Part shown: positions 48,187 to 57,596 of the stretch, one piece after another
Layout of the letters: each line of letters starts with the position of its first letter
Numbering within the stretch: the stretch's first letter is position 1
Origin: an uncultured Chloroflexia bacterium
GTDB taxonomy: Bacteria; Chloroflexota; Limnocylindria; Limnocylindrales; CSP1-4
NCBI GenBank assembly: GCA_963704325.1
Contig: OY969885.1
Coordinates: 142,876 to 206,875, forward strand
Length of the DNA stretch: 64,000 nucleotides
Reading direction: 5' to 3'
Translations under genes and position numbers: made by a program
The notes under the pieces: generated by a model
Seen by the model: the letters and a program-made list of their open reading frames with translations, nothing else
Databases searched by the model: none
Told to the model about the DNA's origin: nothing

Positions 48187-49014
48187 TCAGCGCAAGAGGC
48201 GGTCCGCGTAGCGACGACGAGCCAGTCCGGCGAAGACCAGCACGCCCAGGCTGAGAAGCGCGACCAGTATCCCGCCGTAGGTCAGCACGGTGCCCGCGTT
48301 AGTGGGACTCGCGTCCAGCTCGCCGCCCTGCGGGCGCTGTGCATCGGTATCCGGTGAGCCGTAGACGTTGTCGAACTTCTGCGTCACAGGCTCAAGCGTG
48401 GAACTGGAGGCATCCCCGGGCCGCTGTCCGTCACTCTGGCCGCCGTTGTCCGTTGATTGGATGGTCGAGGCCGGAGGCTCCTGGCCGCTGGCGATCTCAG
48501 CCGTGGCCGCGGGGGTCGATGGCGCGTGCGAGCCGTAACCCTCGAGAGGCAGCGCCGGGCTCTGATCGGGAGCCGCCGCGCGAACTTCCTGAGTGGCACT
48601 AGGGAAGCCCACCTCGAGATCAGTCGCGGGACCAGCCGGCGCGAAGGAAGGCAGTGAGCCGGCTACGGCCATCACCAGGCCGATCGAGAGTGCCACTCCG
48701 GCAACCGGTCGCAGCGTTCCCATACCCGGCCCGGCAAAGCGCCGCATGGCGCGCTCGAACCACGACCCGCGCAGCCGATCGGCCTGCTCCGGGGTGATGC
48801 GGAAGTCGCGCGGGCGCGCGGGCGCGGGCAGCTTGGACATGCTGCGCGACAGGAGCTCGATGTCCGCGGCGAGGGCCGCGCAATCTGAACAGGCCGCAAT
48901 CTGCGCGCGTGCCTCATCCGCCTCCGCGGGATAGGAGTCGCCCGCCGCATGGCGCGCGACCATGAGACGGTCGTGGCGAAGGTGTTCGGAATGCATCGAT
49001 CGCTGGCTGTGCAC
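48187..49014 (-). CDS. membrane-anchored anti-sigma factor (zf-HC2 type)
   Basis: N-terminal H-x3-C-x2-C (HLRHDRL...ACSDCAAL), central TM helix, Pro/Ala-rich extracytoplasmic part, C-terminal TM; immediately downstream of ECF sigma. Confidence 0.6.
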   Translation of the reverse strand: MHSQRSMHSEHLRHDRLMVARHAAGDSYPAEADEARAQIAACSDCAALAADIELLSRSMSKLPAPARPRDFRITPEQADRLRGSWFERAMRRFAGPGMGTLRPVAGVALSIGLVMAVAGSLPSFAPAGPATDLEVGFPSATQEVRAAAPDQSPALPLEGYGSHAPSTPAATAEIASGQEPPASTIQSTDNGGQSDGQRPGDASSSTLEPVTQKFDNVYGSPDTDAQRPQGGELDASPTNAGTVLTYGGILVALLSLGVLVFAGLARRRYADRLLR

Positions 49015-49029
49015 GTTCGTCTGACGCCT

Positions 49030-49686
49030 CTAGTCGCGCAAGAGTTCCATATCGGCTGCGAGCAGCTCGCGCAGTGCCAGCCGTCCGCGGTGGATGCGCG
49101 ACTTCACCGTGCCGAGCGAGACGCCGGTCATGTCCGCAATCTCCTGGTAGTCGAAGCCCTCGACGTCGTAGAGCACGATCGCCTTGCGCTGGTCGTCAGT
49201 GATCTCGTTGAGCGCCTTGGCCAGCATGCTCGACGTGCTGCGGCGCATGGTCTCGCGCTCCGGCGACGCATCCTCACCGGCCGGCGGCTGCCACGAATCG
49301 TCCTCCCACTCGGGAAACGGGTCAGCCGGGCGCCGCTTGCGGTAGCGCAGCACGTCCGTCGCGGCATTGAGCGCGATGCGCGTCAGCCAGCTGCGGAACG
49401 AGTCGCCTCGAAAGCGCGACAGGTTGCGGTAGCAGCTGAAAAACGCCTCCTGGACGGCGTCGGCGGCAGAGTCGCGATCGTTGACGACGCGCACGACGAG
49501 AGCGAAGAGGTAGTCCTGGTAGACGGAGACGATGTCGTTGAACGCGTCAAGGTCTCCGTCCAGGGCGCGCTGGACCAGGATCCTGTCGCGCGCATGCTGT
49601 AGCTCATCGCCCGGTCTGCGCTCGCGTGGTTGTGCGCTGACCGGCTGATCCGGCTTGCTGATGGCGCCCTCGGCTGAGTCCTCCAC
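49030..49686 (-). CDS. ECF-type RNA polymerase sigma factor
   Basis: sigma-70 region 2 (DAFNDIVSVYQDYLFALVVRVV..AADAVQEAF) and region 4 HTH (DDQRKAIVLYDVEGFDYQEIADMTGVSLGTVKSRIHRGR). Confidence 0.8.
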   Translation of the reverse strand: MEDSAEGAISKPDQPVSAQPRERRPGDELQHARDRILVQRALDGDLDAFNDIVSVYQDYLFALVVRVVNDRDSAADAVQEAFFSCYRNLSRFRGDSFRSWLTRIALNAATDVLRYRKRRPADPFPEWEDDSWQPPAGEDASPERETMRRSTSSMLAKALNEITDDQRKAIVLYDVEGFDYQEIADMTGVSLGTVKSRIHRGRLALRELLAADMELLRD

Positions 49687-49741
49687 CGCATCAGTATCGG
49701 TGCGCGGCTGGGTGACGATGGTGGCCGACTGGTCGGCGGGC

Positions 49742-49827
49742 TGGTGCGGCGGGTGGGATTCGAACCCACATGTCCTTGCGGACAGCAGTGTTTGAGACTG
49801 CAGCGTCTACCGTTCCGCCACCACCGC
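49742..49827 (-). tRNA. tRNA-Leu (anticodon CAA)
   Basis: RC: GCGGTGGTGGCGGAACGGTAGACGCTGCAGTCTCAAACACTGC + long variable arm + TGGGTTCGAATCCCACCCGCCGCACCA. Confidence 0.75.
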
Positions 49828-49942
49828 GTCTCTCCGATCTTATCGGACCAATCTGCCCAGCCACTGCTGGCCGACCAGTCCGGGCGGCCTTACCCTTGTG
49901 CCGATCGGGCGGAAACAGTGATCGGGATAGTGGAGGTGTACG

Positions 49943-50158
49943 TTGTTCCAACTGTCAGGCTTGCAGCTGCCGCGCTTCGAGCACAACCACGGCGGCGACT
50001 CGTGGCATGACATGCACGAGGTCTCGCCCAGCCACGATTCCGCAGAGTCGGATCCCGAACGCGATTGGCAGCGCGGTCGCGTCTTCCGCTGCTCTACCTG
50101 CGAGGACGAGATCAGGGTTTCCACGCCCGACGACGACCTGACCAGCCGCACGCCCTGA
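49943..50158 (+). CDS. candidate small acidic protein (71 aa) with single CxxC
   Basis: TTG start preceded by GTGGAGGTG 4-5 nt upstream; strong GC3 bias (~80%) in frame; ...HNHGGDSWHDMHEV...RCSTCEDEIRVSTPDDD; lies in 362-bp gap between tRNA-Leu and dnaE. Confidence 0.35.
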   Translation: MFQLSGLQLPRFEHNHGGDSWHDMHEVSPSHDSAESDPERDWQRGRVFRCSTCEDEIRVSTPDDDLTSRTP

Positions 50159-50189
50159 CCCGCTGGGCTTCAGCGGCGCCCGAGCGAGC

Positions 50190-53100
50190 TCAGCGCAGGC
50201 TGAGCTCGACCATCGCATCGCCCACGCGGCGGCTGATGCCGGCCACCAGCTCGGCGTCGTAGGCGACGCCGACACGGAGCTCCATACGTTGGCTGCGGCC
50301 CGGTCCAGCCGGAATGTGAAGGACAACGGGCGTGTCGCCGGGCCGCTCGTGGATGATCGAGCGCAACGCCTGGAAGGCGATGACGATCTGCTCCTGCGCG
50401 GCCCGCGCGAAATGAACGTGTAGGGCCATCCCGGGCGCCGCCTCGCGCGGCAGTGTCGCGGCCTGTGCTTCCTGTGCCACGCGCGCGGCGGCCTCGTCCG
50501 GTAGAGCCGGCTCGTCGTCCGTTTCGCCGATTGCGCCCGGCACCAGCGCCACCGGAGCCTGGGTGGACCGGGGTCGTGCGGGCCCGAACTGAACATCGAT
50601 GGTGCCAAGCACCGCGCCGCCGCGCAGCGGCGAGACGAGCGGGATGGTGCGCGTGGCCGCCGGCGCCACGGCGTCCGAGTAGCCCCCCGGGCCGACGGCG
50701 ACCTGCGCCATGACCGGCGTCGCTGAGTGCTGCGCGGGGCCATGCCCATTGGCGTTGCGGAACCCGTTGCCGTTGCGCATCCCGTTGCCGTTGCGAGGTC
50801 CGCCGCGCCGGCCGCGATCGGTCGCCGCCAGCAACCGCGCGAACTCGGGAGCGCCGGCCTGCAGCGCGTCCTCCCACGTCCAGACTGCGTCGGCGAGCAG
50901 GACGGTCTCCTCGCCCTTGTGGTCGACTCGGCCGGCGACGAGGAGGATGGCATCCTCTGCCCAGGTGGCCTCGGTCTGCTCGAAGACCTTGGGAAAGACG
51001 ATCACCTCGATCGTGCCCTGCAGATCCTCGAGCGTCGCGACGCCCATCGTCGCGCGTGCCTTGGTGATCACGCGGCGCACCTCCGTGACCACGCCGCCGA
51101 CGCAGATGCGCTGCTGATCGAGTTCCTCACCCAGCTCGCCGCTGTACGCACTCACGTACTCACCGATCACGCCGGCCAGCTCGCCAAGTGGGTGATCGGA
51201 CAGGTACAGGCCGAGCAGCTCCTTCTCCCAGCGCAGCCGCTCGCGCGACGGCGCTTCCGTCACTCCCTCCGGCAACGGCCGTTCGAGCACGGACGAGTCT
51301 GCACCGGAGTCGAACATCGAAACCTGCCCGGTGAGCCGATCGCGTTGCGTGGCCTGGCCGGCGGCCAGCGCGTCGTCGAGCGCGAGGAGCAGCTGGGCGG
51401 GGTGGCCGATGGCGTTGAGTGCGCCGACCCGGATGAGCGACTCGAGCACGCGCCGGTTGACCAGGCGCAGGTCGATGCGCGCGCAGAAGTCCGCCAGTGA
51501 CCGGAACGGCCCACCTTCTGACCGTGAGGCGACGATCGATTCGATGGCACCCTGGCCCACGTTCTTGATCGCCAGCAGGCCGAACCGGATCGCATCGCCT
51601 TCGACGGTGAAGTCGAGGCCGCTCGAGTGGACGTCCGGTTGCCGGACCTCGATGCCCAGCCGGCGGCACTCGGCAATAGCCGCGGCGACCTTGTCCGTGG
51701 AGTCGCGCATCGCGCTCAACACGCTGGTCATGTACTCGACCGTGTAGTTCGCCTTGAGATACGCGGTCTGGTACGCGATGAGGCCATAGCACGTCGCGTG
51801 GGCCTTGTTGAATCCGTACCGCTCGAACGGCTCGAACGCCTTGAACACCGCGTCAATGACCTGGGGCGGCACGCCCCGCTCCGCGGCCTGCTGGACGAAC
51901 TTGTCCTTCTGCGCTCGCAGGACGCTGGACTTCTTCTTGCGAATGGCATAGCCGAGCGTGTCCGCCTCCGGCCCGGTGAAGCCGCCCAGCGCCATCGCCG
52001 CGGCCATGATGTCCTCCTGGTACACGAAGATGCCGTACGTCTTCTTGAGGTACGGCTCCAGCAGCGGGTGCAGGTAAGTGACCTTCTCCTGGCCGTGCTT
52101 GCGCCGGATGTAGGCCGGAATGTTGTCCATGGGGCCCGGGCGGAACAGGGCCACCATGGCGGCCAGGTCGAGCACCGAAGTCGGACGCAGCTCCTTGACG
52201 TAGCGGCGCATGCCAGGCGACTCCAGCTGGAACACGCCCGTCGTCTCGCCCGAGGCGAGCAGGTCGAACGTCGCGGCGTCCTCGAGGGGCAGGTTGTCGA
52301 TGTCAATCTCGACACCTCGCTCGGCGCGGATGAGGTCGACCGCCTGGCGCAGGATGGTCAGGTTGGACAGCCCAAGGAAGTCGAACTTGAGCAGTCCGAG
52401 AGCCTCAACGCCGTGCATCTCGTACTGGGTCATCAGTCCGTCCGAGTTGGTCGCGTGCTGGAGCGGCATCAGCTCGGTCAGCGGCTCGCGACTGATGACC
52501 ACGCCCGCAGCGTGCGTCGACGCATTGCGCGCCACGCCCTCGAGCTGCTCGGCCAGCGATAGGAGCTTCTTGACACGCGGGTCCGCGTCGCGCATCTCGC
52601 GCAGCGCCGGGGTGATCTGGAGCGCCTCCTCGAGCTTGATCCCGAGCTGGTTCGGAATGGCCTTGGCGATGCGGTCGACCTCGCTGTAGCCGAAGCCGAG
52701 GACGCGGCCGACGTCACGGATGGCGGCCCGGGCAAGCATCGTGCCGAAGGTGATGATCTGGGCCACGTGGTCAGTGCCGTATTTCTGGGTCACGTAGCGG
52801 ATGACCTCGTCGCGTCGCGCGTCCTCGAAGTCCACGTCGATGTCCGGCATCGTCACGCGGTCCGGGTTCAGGAAGCGCTCGAAGGGCAGCTCGTAGTGGA
52901 TCGGGTCCACGGGCGTGATGCCCAGCGTGTAGGTGACGATCGAACCGGGCGCGGAGCCGCGGCAGGTGGTCGCGATGCGCTGCTCGCGCGCGAAACGCAC
53001 GAAGTCGGCCACGATCAGGAAGTAGCCCGCGTAGCCCATGCGGATGATCACGTCCAGCTCGTAGTCCAACCGGCGCTGCAGCTCCTCCGTGACCGCCCCG

Positions 53101-54041
53101 TAGCGCTCCTTCAGGCCGCGCTCGCATTCCGCGCGCAGCCAGCTCTCGACCGTGTGGCCCTCGGGGACCGGGAAGTACGGCAGGCGCAGCTGGCCGAAGG
53201 GCAGCTCCAGGTCGACCATCTCCGCGATGCGTCTCGTATTGGCGATCGCCTCTGGAACCTCCCTGAACAGGGCGGCCATCTCTGCCGCGCTCTTGAGGTA
53301 GAACTCGGGCGATTCGAAGCGCATGCGTCCCGGCGTGTCGAGGTTGGAAGCGGTCCCAACGCAGAGCAGAACGTCGTGCGCCTCAGACTGCTCACGCCGA
53401 ACGTAGTGCAGGTCATTGGTGGCCACGAGCGGAATGCCCAGCTTCGGGCCAAGCCGTACGAGCTGCTCGTTCAGCCGGCGCTGCTCGGGCAGGCCGTGGT
53501 CCTGCAGCTCGAAGAAGAAGTTGCCGTCCCCCAGGATCTCGCGGTAGCTGCCGGCGATGCGCACGGCCTGCTCCTCATCGCCTGTCTCGAGGGCACGCGC
53601 GACCTCACCGTTGAGGCATGCCGACAGGCCGACCAGGCCCTCCGAGTGCCGGGCGAGGTACTCGCGATCTATGCGCGGCTTGTAGTAGTAGCCATCGAGG
53701 TGCGCGTCCGTAACGATGCGGCAGAGGTTCTGGTAGCCGATCCAGTTCTTGGCCAGCAGGATCAGGTGATACGGCTGCGCGTCTGCCTTGCCCTCGCGGT
53801 CGGCCATCGAGCGCCGGGCGACGTATGTCTCGACGCCCACGATTGGCTTGATGCCCGCGGACTTGGCCGCCTGGTAGAAGGCGACGGCACCGTACAGCGC
53901 GCCATGGTCGGTGACCGCAAGCGAGTCGAAGCCCTGTGTCTTGGCTTCTGCGACAAGCTCGCTGATCCGTCCCAGACCGTCGAGCAGGCTGAACTCGGAA
54001 TGGACGTGCAGATGCGTGAAATCGTTGGCAGCGACGGTCAA
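50190..54041 (-). CDS. dnaE: DNA polymerase III alpha subunit with Gly/Asn-rich insert before C-terminal domain
   Basis: 1283 aa; PHP domain (HLHVHSEFSLLDG), polymerase core, OB fold; then GRRGGPRNGNGMRNGNGFRNANGHG insert and ~150-aa C-terminal domain. Confidence 0.9.
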   Translation of the reverse strand: MTVAANDFTHLHVHSEFSLLDGLGRISELVAEAKTQGFDSLAVTDHGALYGAVAFYQAAKSAGIKPIVGVETYVARRSMADREGKADAQPYHLILLAKNWIGYQNLCRIVTDAHLDGYYYKPRIDREYLARHSEGLVGLSACLNGEVARALETGDEEQAVRIAGSYREILGDGNFFFELQDHGLPEQRRLNEQLVRLGPKLGIPLVATNDLHYVRREQSEAHDVLLCVGTASNLDTPGRMRFESPEFYLKSAAEMAALFREVPEAIANTRRIAEMVDLELPFGQLRLPYFPVPEGHTVESWLRAECERGLKERYGAVTEELQRRLDYELDVIIRMGYAGYFLIVADFVRFAREQRIATTCRGSAPGSIVTYTLGITPVDPIHYELPFERFLNPDRVTMPDIDVDFEDARRDEVIRYVTQKYGTDHVAQIITFGTMLARAAIRDVGRVLGFGYSEVDRIAKAIPNQLGIKLEEALQITPALREMRDADPRVKKLLSLAEQLEGVARNASTHAAGVVISREPLTELMPLQHATNSDGLMTQYEMHGVEALGLLKFDFLGLSNLTILRQAVDLIRAERGVEIDIDNLPLEDAATFDLLASGETTGVFQLESPGMRRYVKELRPTSVLDLAAMVALFRPGPMDNIPAYIRRKHGQEKVTYLHPLLEPYLKKTYGIFVYQEDIMAAAMALGGFTGPEADTLGYAIRKKKSSVLRAQKDKFVQQAAERGVPPQVIDAVFKAFEPFERYGFNKAHATCYGLIAYQTAYLKANYTVEYMTSVLSAMRDSTDKVAAAIAECRRLGIEVRQPDVHSSGLDFTVEGDAIRFGLLAIKNVGQGAIESIVASRSEGGPFRSLADFCARIDLRLVNRRVLESLIRVGALNAIGHPAQLLLALDDALAAGQATQRDRLTGQVSMFDSGADSSVLERPLPEGVTEAPSRERLRWEKELLGLYLSDHPLGELAGVIGEYVSAYSGELGEELDQQRICVGGVVTEVRRVITKARATMGVATLEDLQGTIEVIVFPKVFEQTEATWAEDAILLVAGRVDHKGEETVLLADAVWTWEDALQAGAPEFARLLAATDRGRRGGPRNGNGMRNGNGFRNANGHGPAQHSATPVMAQVAVGPGGYSDAVAPAATRTIPLVSPLRGGAVLGTIDVQFGPARPRSTQAPVALVPGAIGETDDEPALPDEAAARVAQEAQAATLPREAAPGMALHVHFARAAQEQIVIAFQALRSIIHERPGDTPVVLHIPAGPGRSQRMELRVGVAYDAELVAGISRRVGDAMVELSLR
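50746..50799. repeat. 18-bp tandem repeat x3 (CCGTTGCCGTTGCGNNNN) inside dnaE
   Basis: 50746-50763, 50764-50781, 50782-50799; encodes NGNG(M/F)RN on minus strand. Confidence 0.8.
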
Positions 54042-54196
54042 GCTCTCAACCTACGCGACGGAGCTGTGCGGGAATAGGCACTTGTCCCCGAACTTCGTCC
54101 ACACCTCATCCAGTATAGAACGCACGTTCTAGCCAAGGGTCAGCACGAACGAGCGTTTCAGGGCATCGCGGCGCTGTACGGGAACCAAGCTCCGGG

Positions 54197-54886
54197 CTAG
54201 CCCGCTTTGGTCTGCGATCCGGGCTGCGGCTCATTGAGCCACGGTCGTTCGTTGAACAGGTCGGTCAACCAGCGCCCGAGCGGGCCGGGCGGCCCTTCGC
54301 CCTCGACGCCTGTGAGCAGGTCATCCATTGCCGCCTGGAGGCGATCCGTCAGCAGCGCCACCCCGGCCCGGTCCGCACGCAGCCCGTCGACCGAAAGCGG
54401 CGGGCCCACGCGCAGCGTGATCTGCTTGCCCAGGCGCAGCCAGCGTGTGCCGATGATCGCCATCGGGACGATCGGAACTCGGCCGCGCAGGGCGAAGAAC
54501 GCTGCGCCATCCTGGAGCGGAACGATCGCGCCCTCACGATCGGACAGGCGGCCCTCTCCGGCGATGGCAAGCACATAGCCGGCCTTCAGCACTGACGTGG
54601 CGCGCCGCGTGGTGTCGATCAGGTCCGACTTGGACGGCTTGAAGGGCACGGCCAGCCGGCCCCAGCCGATGAGTCGGTTACGCCAGCCGGAACCCATGTC
54701 CTCTTCCTTCGGCCCCAGGATGAAGACACGCTGGCCGTTGGGCCAGAAGGCGAGCACCAGGAACGGGTCGACCCAATTGGGGTGGCTGAAGTTGAGCAGG
54801 TACGGTGGCTGTCCAGGAATGTGCTCTACGCCGTCCATGCGCACGCGCAGGTAGCAGCGGATCAGCAAGCGCAGTGCGTGGCGCAT
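54197..54886 (-). CDS. plsC: 1-acyl-sn-glycerol-3-phosphate acyltransferase (lysophospholipid acyltransferase)
   Basis: ATG at 54886: MRHALRLLIRCYL...NFSHPNWVDPFLV (HX4D), ...VPIVPMAI; the 95-aa Ser/Arg-rich ORF extension overlaps the upstream gene and is rejected. Confidence 0.7.
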   Translation of the reverse strand: MRHALRLLIRCYLRVRMDGVEHIPGQPPYLLNFSHPNWVDPFLVLAFWPNGQRVFILGPKEEDMGSGWRNRLIGWGRLAVPFKPSKSDLIDTTRRATSVLKAGYVLAIAGEGRLSDREGAIVPLQDGAAFFALRGRVPIVPMAIIGTRWLRLGKQITLRVGPPLSVDGLRADRAGVALLTDRLQAAMDDLLTGVEGEGPPGPLGRWLTDLFNERPWLNEPQPGSQTKAG

Positions 54887-54929
54887 GAAGAGTGACTTGA
54901 GCCGCCCCGGCGGCCGCGGAGCGTAGCCG

Positions 54930-55994
54930 TCAGGCGCCAGCCGCGAGCCCCGATTCGAATGCTGCAACATGGGGCAGTGTGACCGGCGGCGGCACACCCT
55001 GCCCGTCGCGCTCAAGCTCGTCCAGGAAGACCGGGACGAGATCCGGGTCGAACTGGATGCCGCGCAACCTGACCAGCTCGTCCGCGGCGCGTTCGTGCGG
55101 CTTGGCCGGCTGGTACGGCCGGCCGTGGACCATGGCCTCGTACGCGTCGGCGATGGCGACGATGCGCGCACCGAGCGGTATCCGGTCGGCGCGCAGACGG
55201 TCGGGATAGCCGCTGCCGTCGAAGAACTCGTGGTGGTGGCGAATGATCGGCGCGAAGACGCGCGACGCCTGGAGCGGCTGGCAGATTCGCTCGCCGATCT
55301 CCGGATGGCGGCGCATCAGCCGCCACTCTTCCTCACTCAGCGGTCCTTCCTTGCGCAACAGGTGCTCGGGCACTCCGATCTTGCCCACGTCGTGGAGCAG
55401 CGCGCCATACGCGACGGCCTCCAGGTGCTCGCCGCGCAGGCCGACGTTGGCTGCGACGCGCGCGGCATGGTGAGCCAGCCAGCGACAGTGGTGGACGAGG
55501 CCGACGTCCTTCGCCTCGACCGCATTGGCCAGCGCGGCGACGATCTGCGTTGCTCGCTCGAGGCTGGAGATCGCACGCCGCAGACGCATCGCGCTGCGAA
55601 TACGGGCCAGCAGCTCCACCTGCTGCACCGGCTTGGCCAGGAAGTCGTCCGCACCGGCGTCGAGTGCCGCGACCATGTCATCGAGGGCGGTATGAGCGGT
55701 GATGACGATCACGGGCAAGGTCGCGGTCAGCGGATCGCTGCGCAGCCTGCGGCATATGTCGTAGCCGTCAATGCGCGGCAGGTTCAGGTCGAGCAGCACC
55801 AGGTCGGGCAAGTACTCGTCGATCGCGCGCAGTCCCAGCTCCCCGTCGGCAAACGCCAGCACCCGGTAGCCGTCGCGCTCGAGCACGCGCGTGAGCAGAC
55901 CGCGCTGGGTGGGCTCGTCCTCGATGATCAGCACGAGCGGTCCCTGCTCGGTCATCTCGCCGTCGGCGGTCCTCGCGATGCCGAATGAATCCAT
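54930..55994 (-). CDS. response regulator with HD-GYP domain (c-di-GMP phosphodiesterase type)
   Basis: ATG 55994: MDSFGIARTADGEMTEQGPLVLIIEDE...LLDLNLP (REC) then HHCRWLAHHA...LLHDVGK...HHEFFDGSGYPDRL (HD-GYP). Confidence 0.8.
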   Translation of the reverse strand: MDSFGIARTADGEMTEQGPLVLIIEDEPTQRGLLTRVLERDGYRVLAFADGELGLRAIDEYLPDLVLLDLNLPRIDGYDICRRLRSDPLTATLPVIVITAHTALDDMVAALDAGADDFLAKPVQQVELLARIRSAMRLRRAISSLERATQIVAALANAVEAKDVGLVHHCRWLAHHAARVAANVGLRGEHLEAVAYGALLHDVGKIGVPEHLLRKEGPLSEEEWRLMRRHPEIGERICQPLQASRVFAPIIRHHHEFFDGSGYPDRLRADRIPLGARIVAIADAYEAMVHGRPYQPAKPHERAADELVRLRGIQFDPDLVPVFLDELERDGQGVPPPVTLPHVAAFESGLAAGA

Positions 55995-56242
55995 GGCGCC
56001 TCCCTGCTGCGCCGGGCACCGCACAGACGCGCGGCGGCCGACCGGCAGGTTCCAGCGGGCACGTGCGGGAACCGTCCGCCGGAGTATGCCACGCCAGGCG
56101 TGACGCGAAGGGGCGTTTCCGGCGTGTGCCCGCCTGCACAGTTCATGTTGCGGGCTATCAGGCTCCCGCGTAGCATGCGCCGGACGAGGGTCGGGAAAGT
56201 CGACTTGATATGTCCAACGAAAACGTAGGAGGAGCTCTCTTG

Positions 56243-57496
56243 ATGCACAACCGATGGTCGCTGCCCGCAACGGCGGTGGCTGTTCTCATGCTGGCTATTG
56301 CCTGTGCAGGCCCAGCAGCCACGCCGACCGCGGCGCCGGCCACAACTGCACCCGCTTCGATGACGGCCGAGCCGTCGATGACCTCTGAGCCGTCCATGAC
56401 GGCCGAGCCGACTGAAGGCCCGACTGAAGGCCCGACTGAAGGCCCGACTGAAGGCCCGAGTGAGTCCCCCTCGGCCGCCTGGAAGGTCGGCGTCGTGACC
56501 GACGTAGGTACGGTCGACGACAAGAACTTCAACGAGTACTCGTACGTCGGCGCCCAGAACGGTGCGGCCGCCATCGGTGCCGGTGAGGTGAGCGTCGCGG
56601 TTCCTGAAGACGCCTCGCAGTACGCGTCGCTCATTCAGAACTTCGTCGACACGGATCACAACATCATCGTGACCGTGGGCTTCGCGATCGCGAATGACAC
56701 GGCCATCGCCGCGCTGGCGCACCCGGATGTCTGGTTCGTCGGCGTCGACCAGGCGCCATGCCTCGACGAGACTGGCGCTCCCGATGCGACGTTCACGTGC
56801 GCGGGCGACCTGGCCACGCTGCTGCCGAACTTCGTCGGCCTGCAGTACCAGGAGGACCAGGCCGGCTATCTGGCCGGCATCCTCGCGGCTAGCATCAGCC
56901 AGAACGGCAACGTGGGCGCCATCGGCGGCATCAACGTCGTACCTGCGGTCGTCAAGTACATCCAGGGCTACGAGATGGGCGCGCTGTCGGTGAACCCCGA
57001 CGCAAACGTCTTCGTGGACTACGTCTCGACGTCCGACTTCGGCGTGGCGTTCAATGACCCGGCAGCGGGTCGCACGTTCGCCGATCAGTTCATCGACACG
57101 AACGATGTCGATGTCCTGTTCCAGGTCGCGGGCAAGACCGGCAACGGCGTGCTCGAAGCCGCTTGTGCGGCGGACATCCAGGGGATCGGCGTGGACGTCG
57201 ATCAGTATCTGTCTCTGGATGCCGCCAACAATGCGGCATACGACTGCATCGTTACGTCGGCCGAGAAGAAGCTCGCCTCATCAGTCGAGCAGACGATCGG
57301 GCTCATTGCCGATGGCAGTGTCGTGCCCGGTCTCGCGACGTTCAACGCCGCGAACGAAGGCATCGGTCTCTCCCCGGAGGGCAGCGGTGCCGGCCTGATC
57401 ACAGCTGACATCCAGGCTGCGATCGACGATGCCCTGGCCGGCATGGAAGCCGGAACGCTCGTGACCTGCCCGGAGAACTGCGGCACAGCCCAGTAG
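56243..57496 (+). CDS. BMP-family (PnrA-like) ABC transporter substrate-binding lipoprotein
   Basis: RBS GTAGGAGGAG 7 nt before ATG 56243; MHNRWSLPATAVAVLMLAIACAG lipobox; repeat linker SMTAEPSMTSEPSMTAEPTEGPTEGPTEGPTEGP; then KVGVVTDVGTVDDKNFNEYSY... BMP fold. Confidence 0.8.
   Translation: MHNRWSLPATAVAVLMLAIACAGPAATPTAAPATTAPASMTAEPSMTSEPSMTAEPTEGPTEGPTEGPTEGPSESPSAAWKVGVVTDVGTVDDKNFNEYSYVGAQNGAAAIGAGEVSVAVPEDASQYASLIQNFVDTDHNIIVTVGFAIANDTAIAALAHPDVWFVGVDQAPCLDETGAPDATFTCAGDLATLLPNFVGLQYQEDQAGYLAGILAASISQNGNVGAIGGINVVPAVVKYIQGYEMGALSVNPDANVFVDYVSTSDFGVAFNDPAAGRTFADQFIDTNDVDVLFQVAGKTGNGVLEAACAADIQGIGVDVDQYLSLDAANNAAYDCIVTSAEKKLASSVEQTIGLIADGSVVPGLATFNAANEGIGLSPEGSGAGLITADIQAAIDDALAGMEAGTLVTCPENCGTAQ
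56408..56455. repeat. 12-bp tandem repeat CCGACTGAAGGC x4 in BMP lipoprotein linker
   Basis: direct reading; encodes (PTEG)4. Confidence 0.85.
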
Positions 57497-57596
57497 GCGG
57501 GTCCACTCCAGTAACCAGCAGAGCGGGTCGCGATTCGTCGCGGCCCGCTCTCTTCTACCCAGCCAGCGGCCACCTGAGCAGGAGGTACACGGGAGG

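Noticed and set aside
50190-50429. Possible separate 79-aa gene (MALHVHFARAAQEQIVIAFQ...) at the 3' end of dnaE
   Set aside because: It is in frame with dnaE with no intervening stop, and replicative DnaE proteins have a C-terminal domain of this size after the OB fold. It is more parsimonious as the genuine DnaE C-terminus.
52767-54077. 436-aa plus-strand ORF (and 51627..52562+)
   Set aside because: It is antisense to dnaE and is a shadow ORF.
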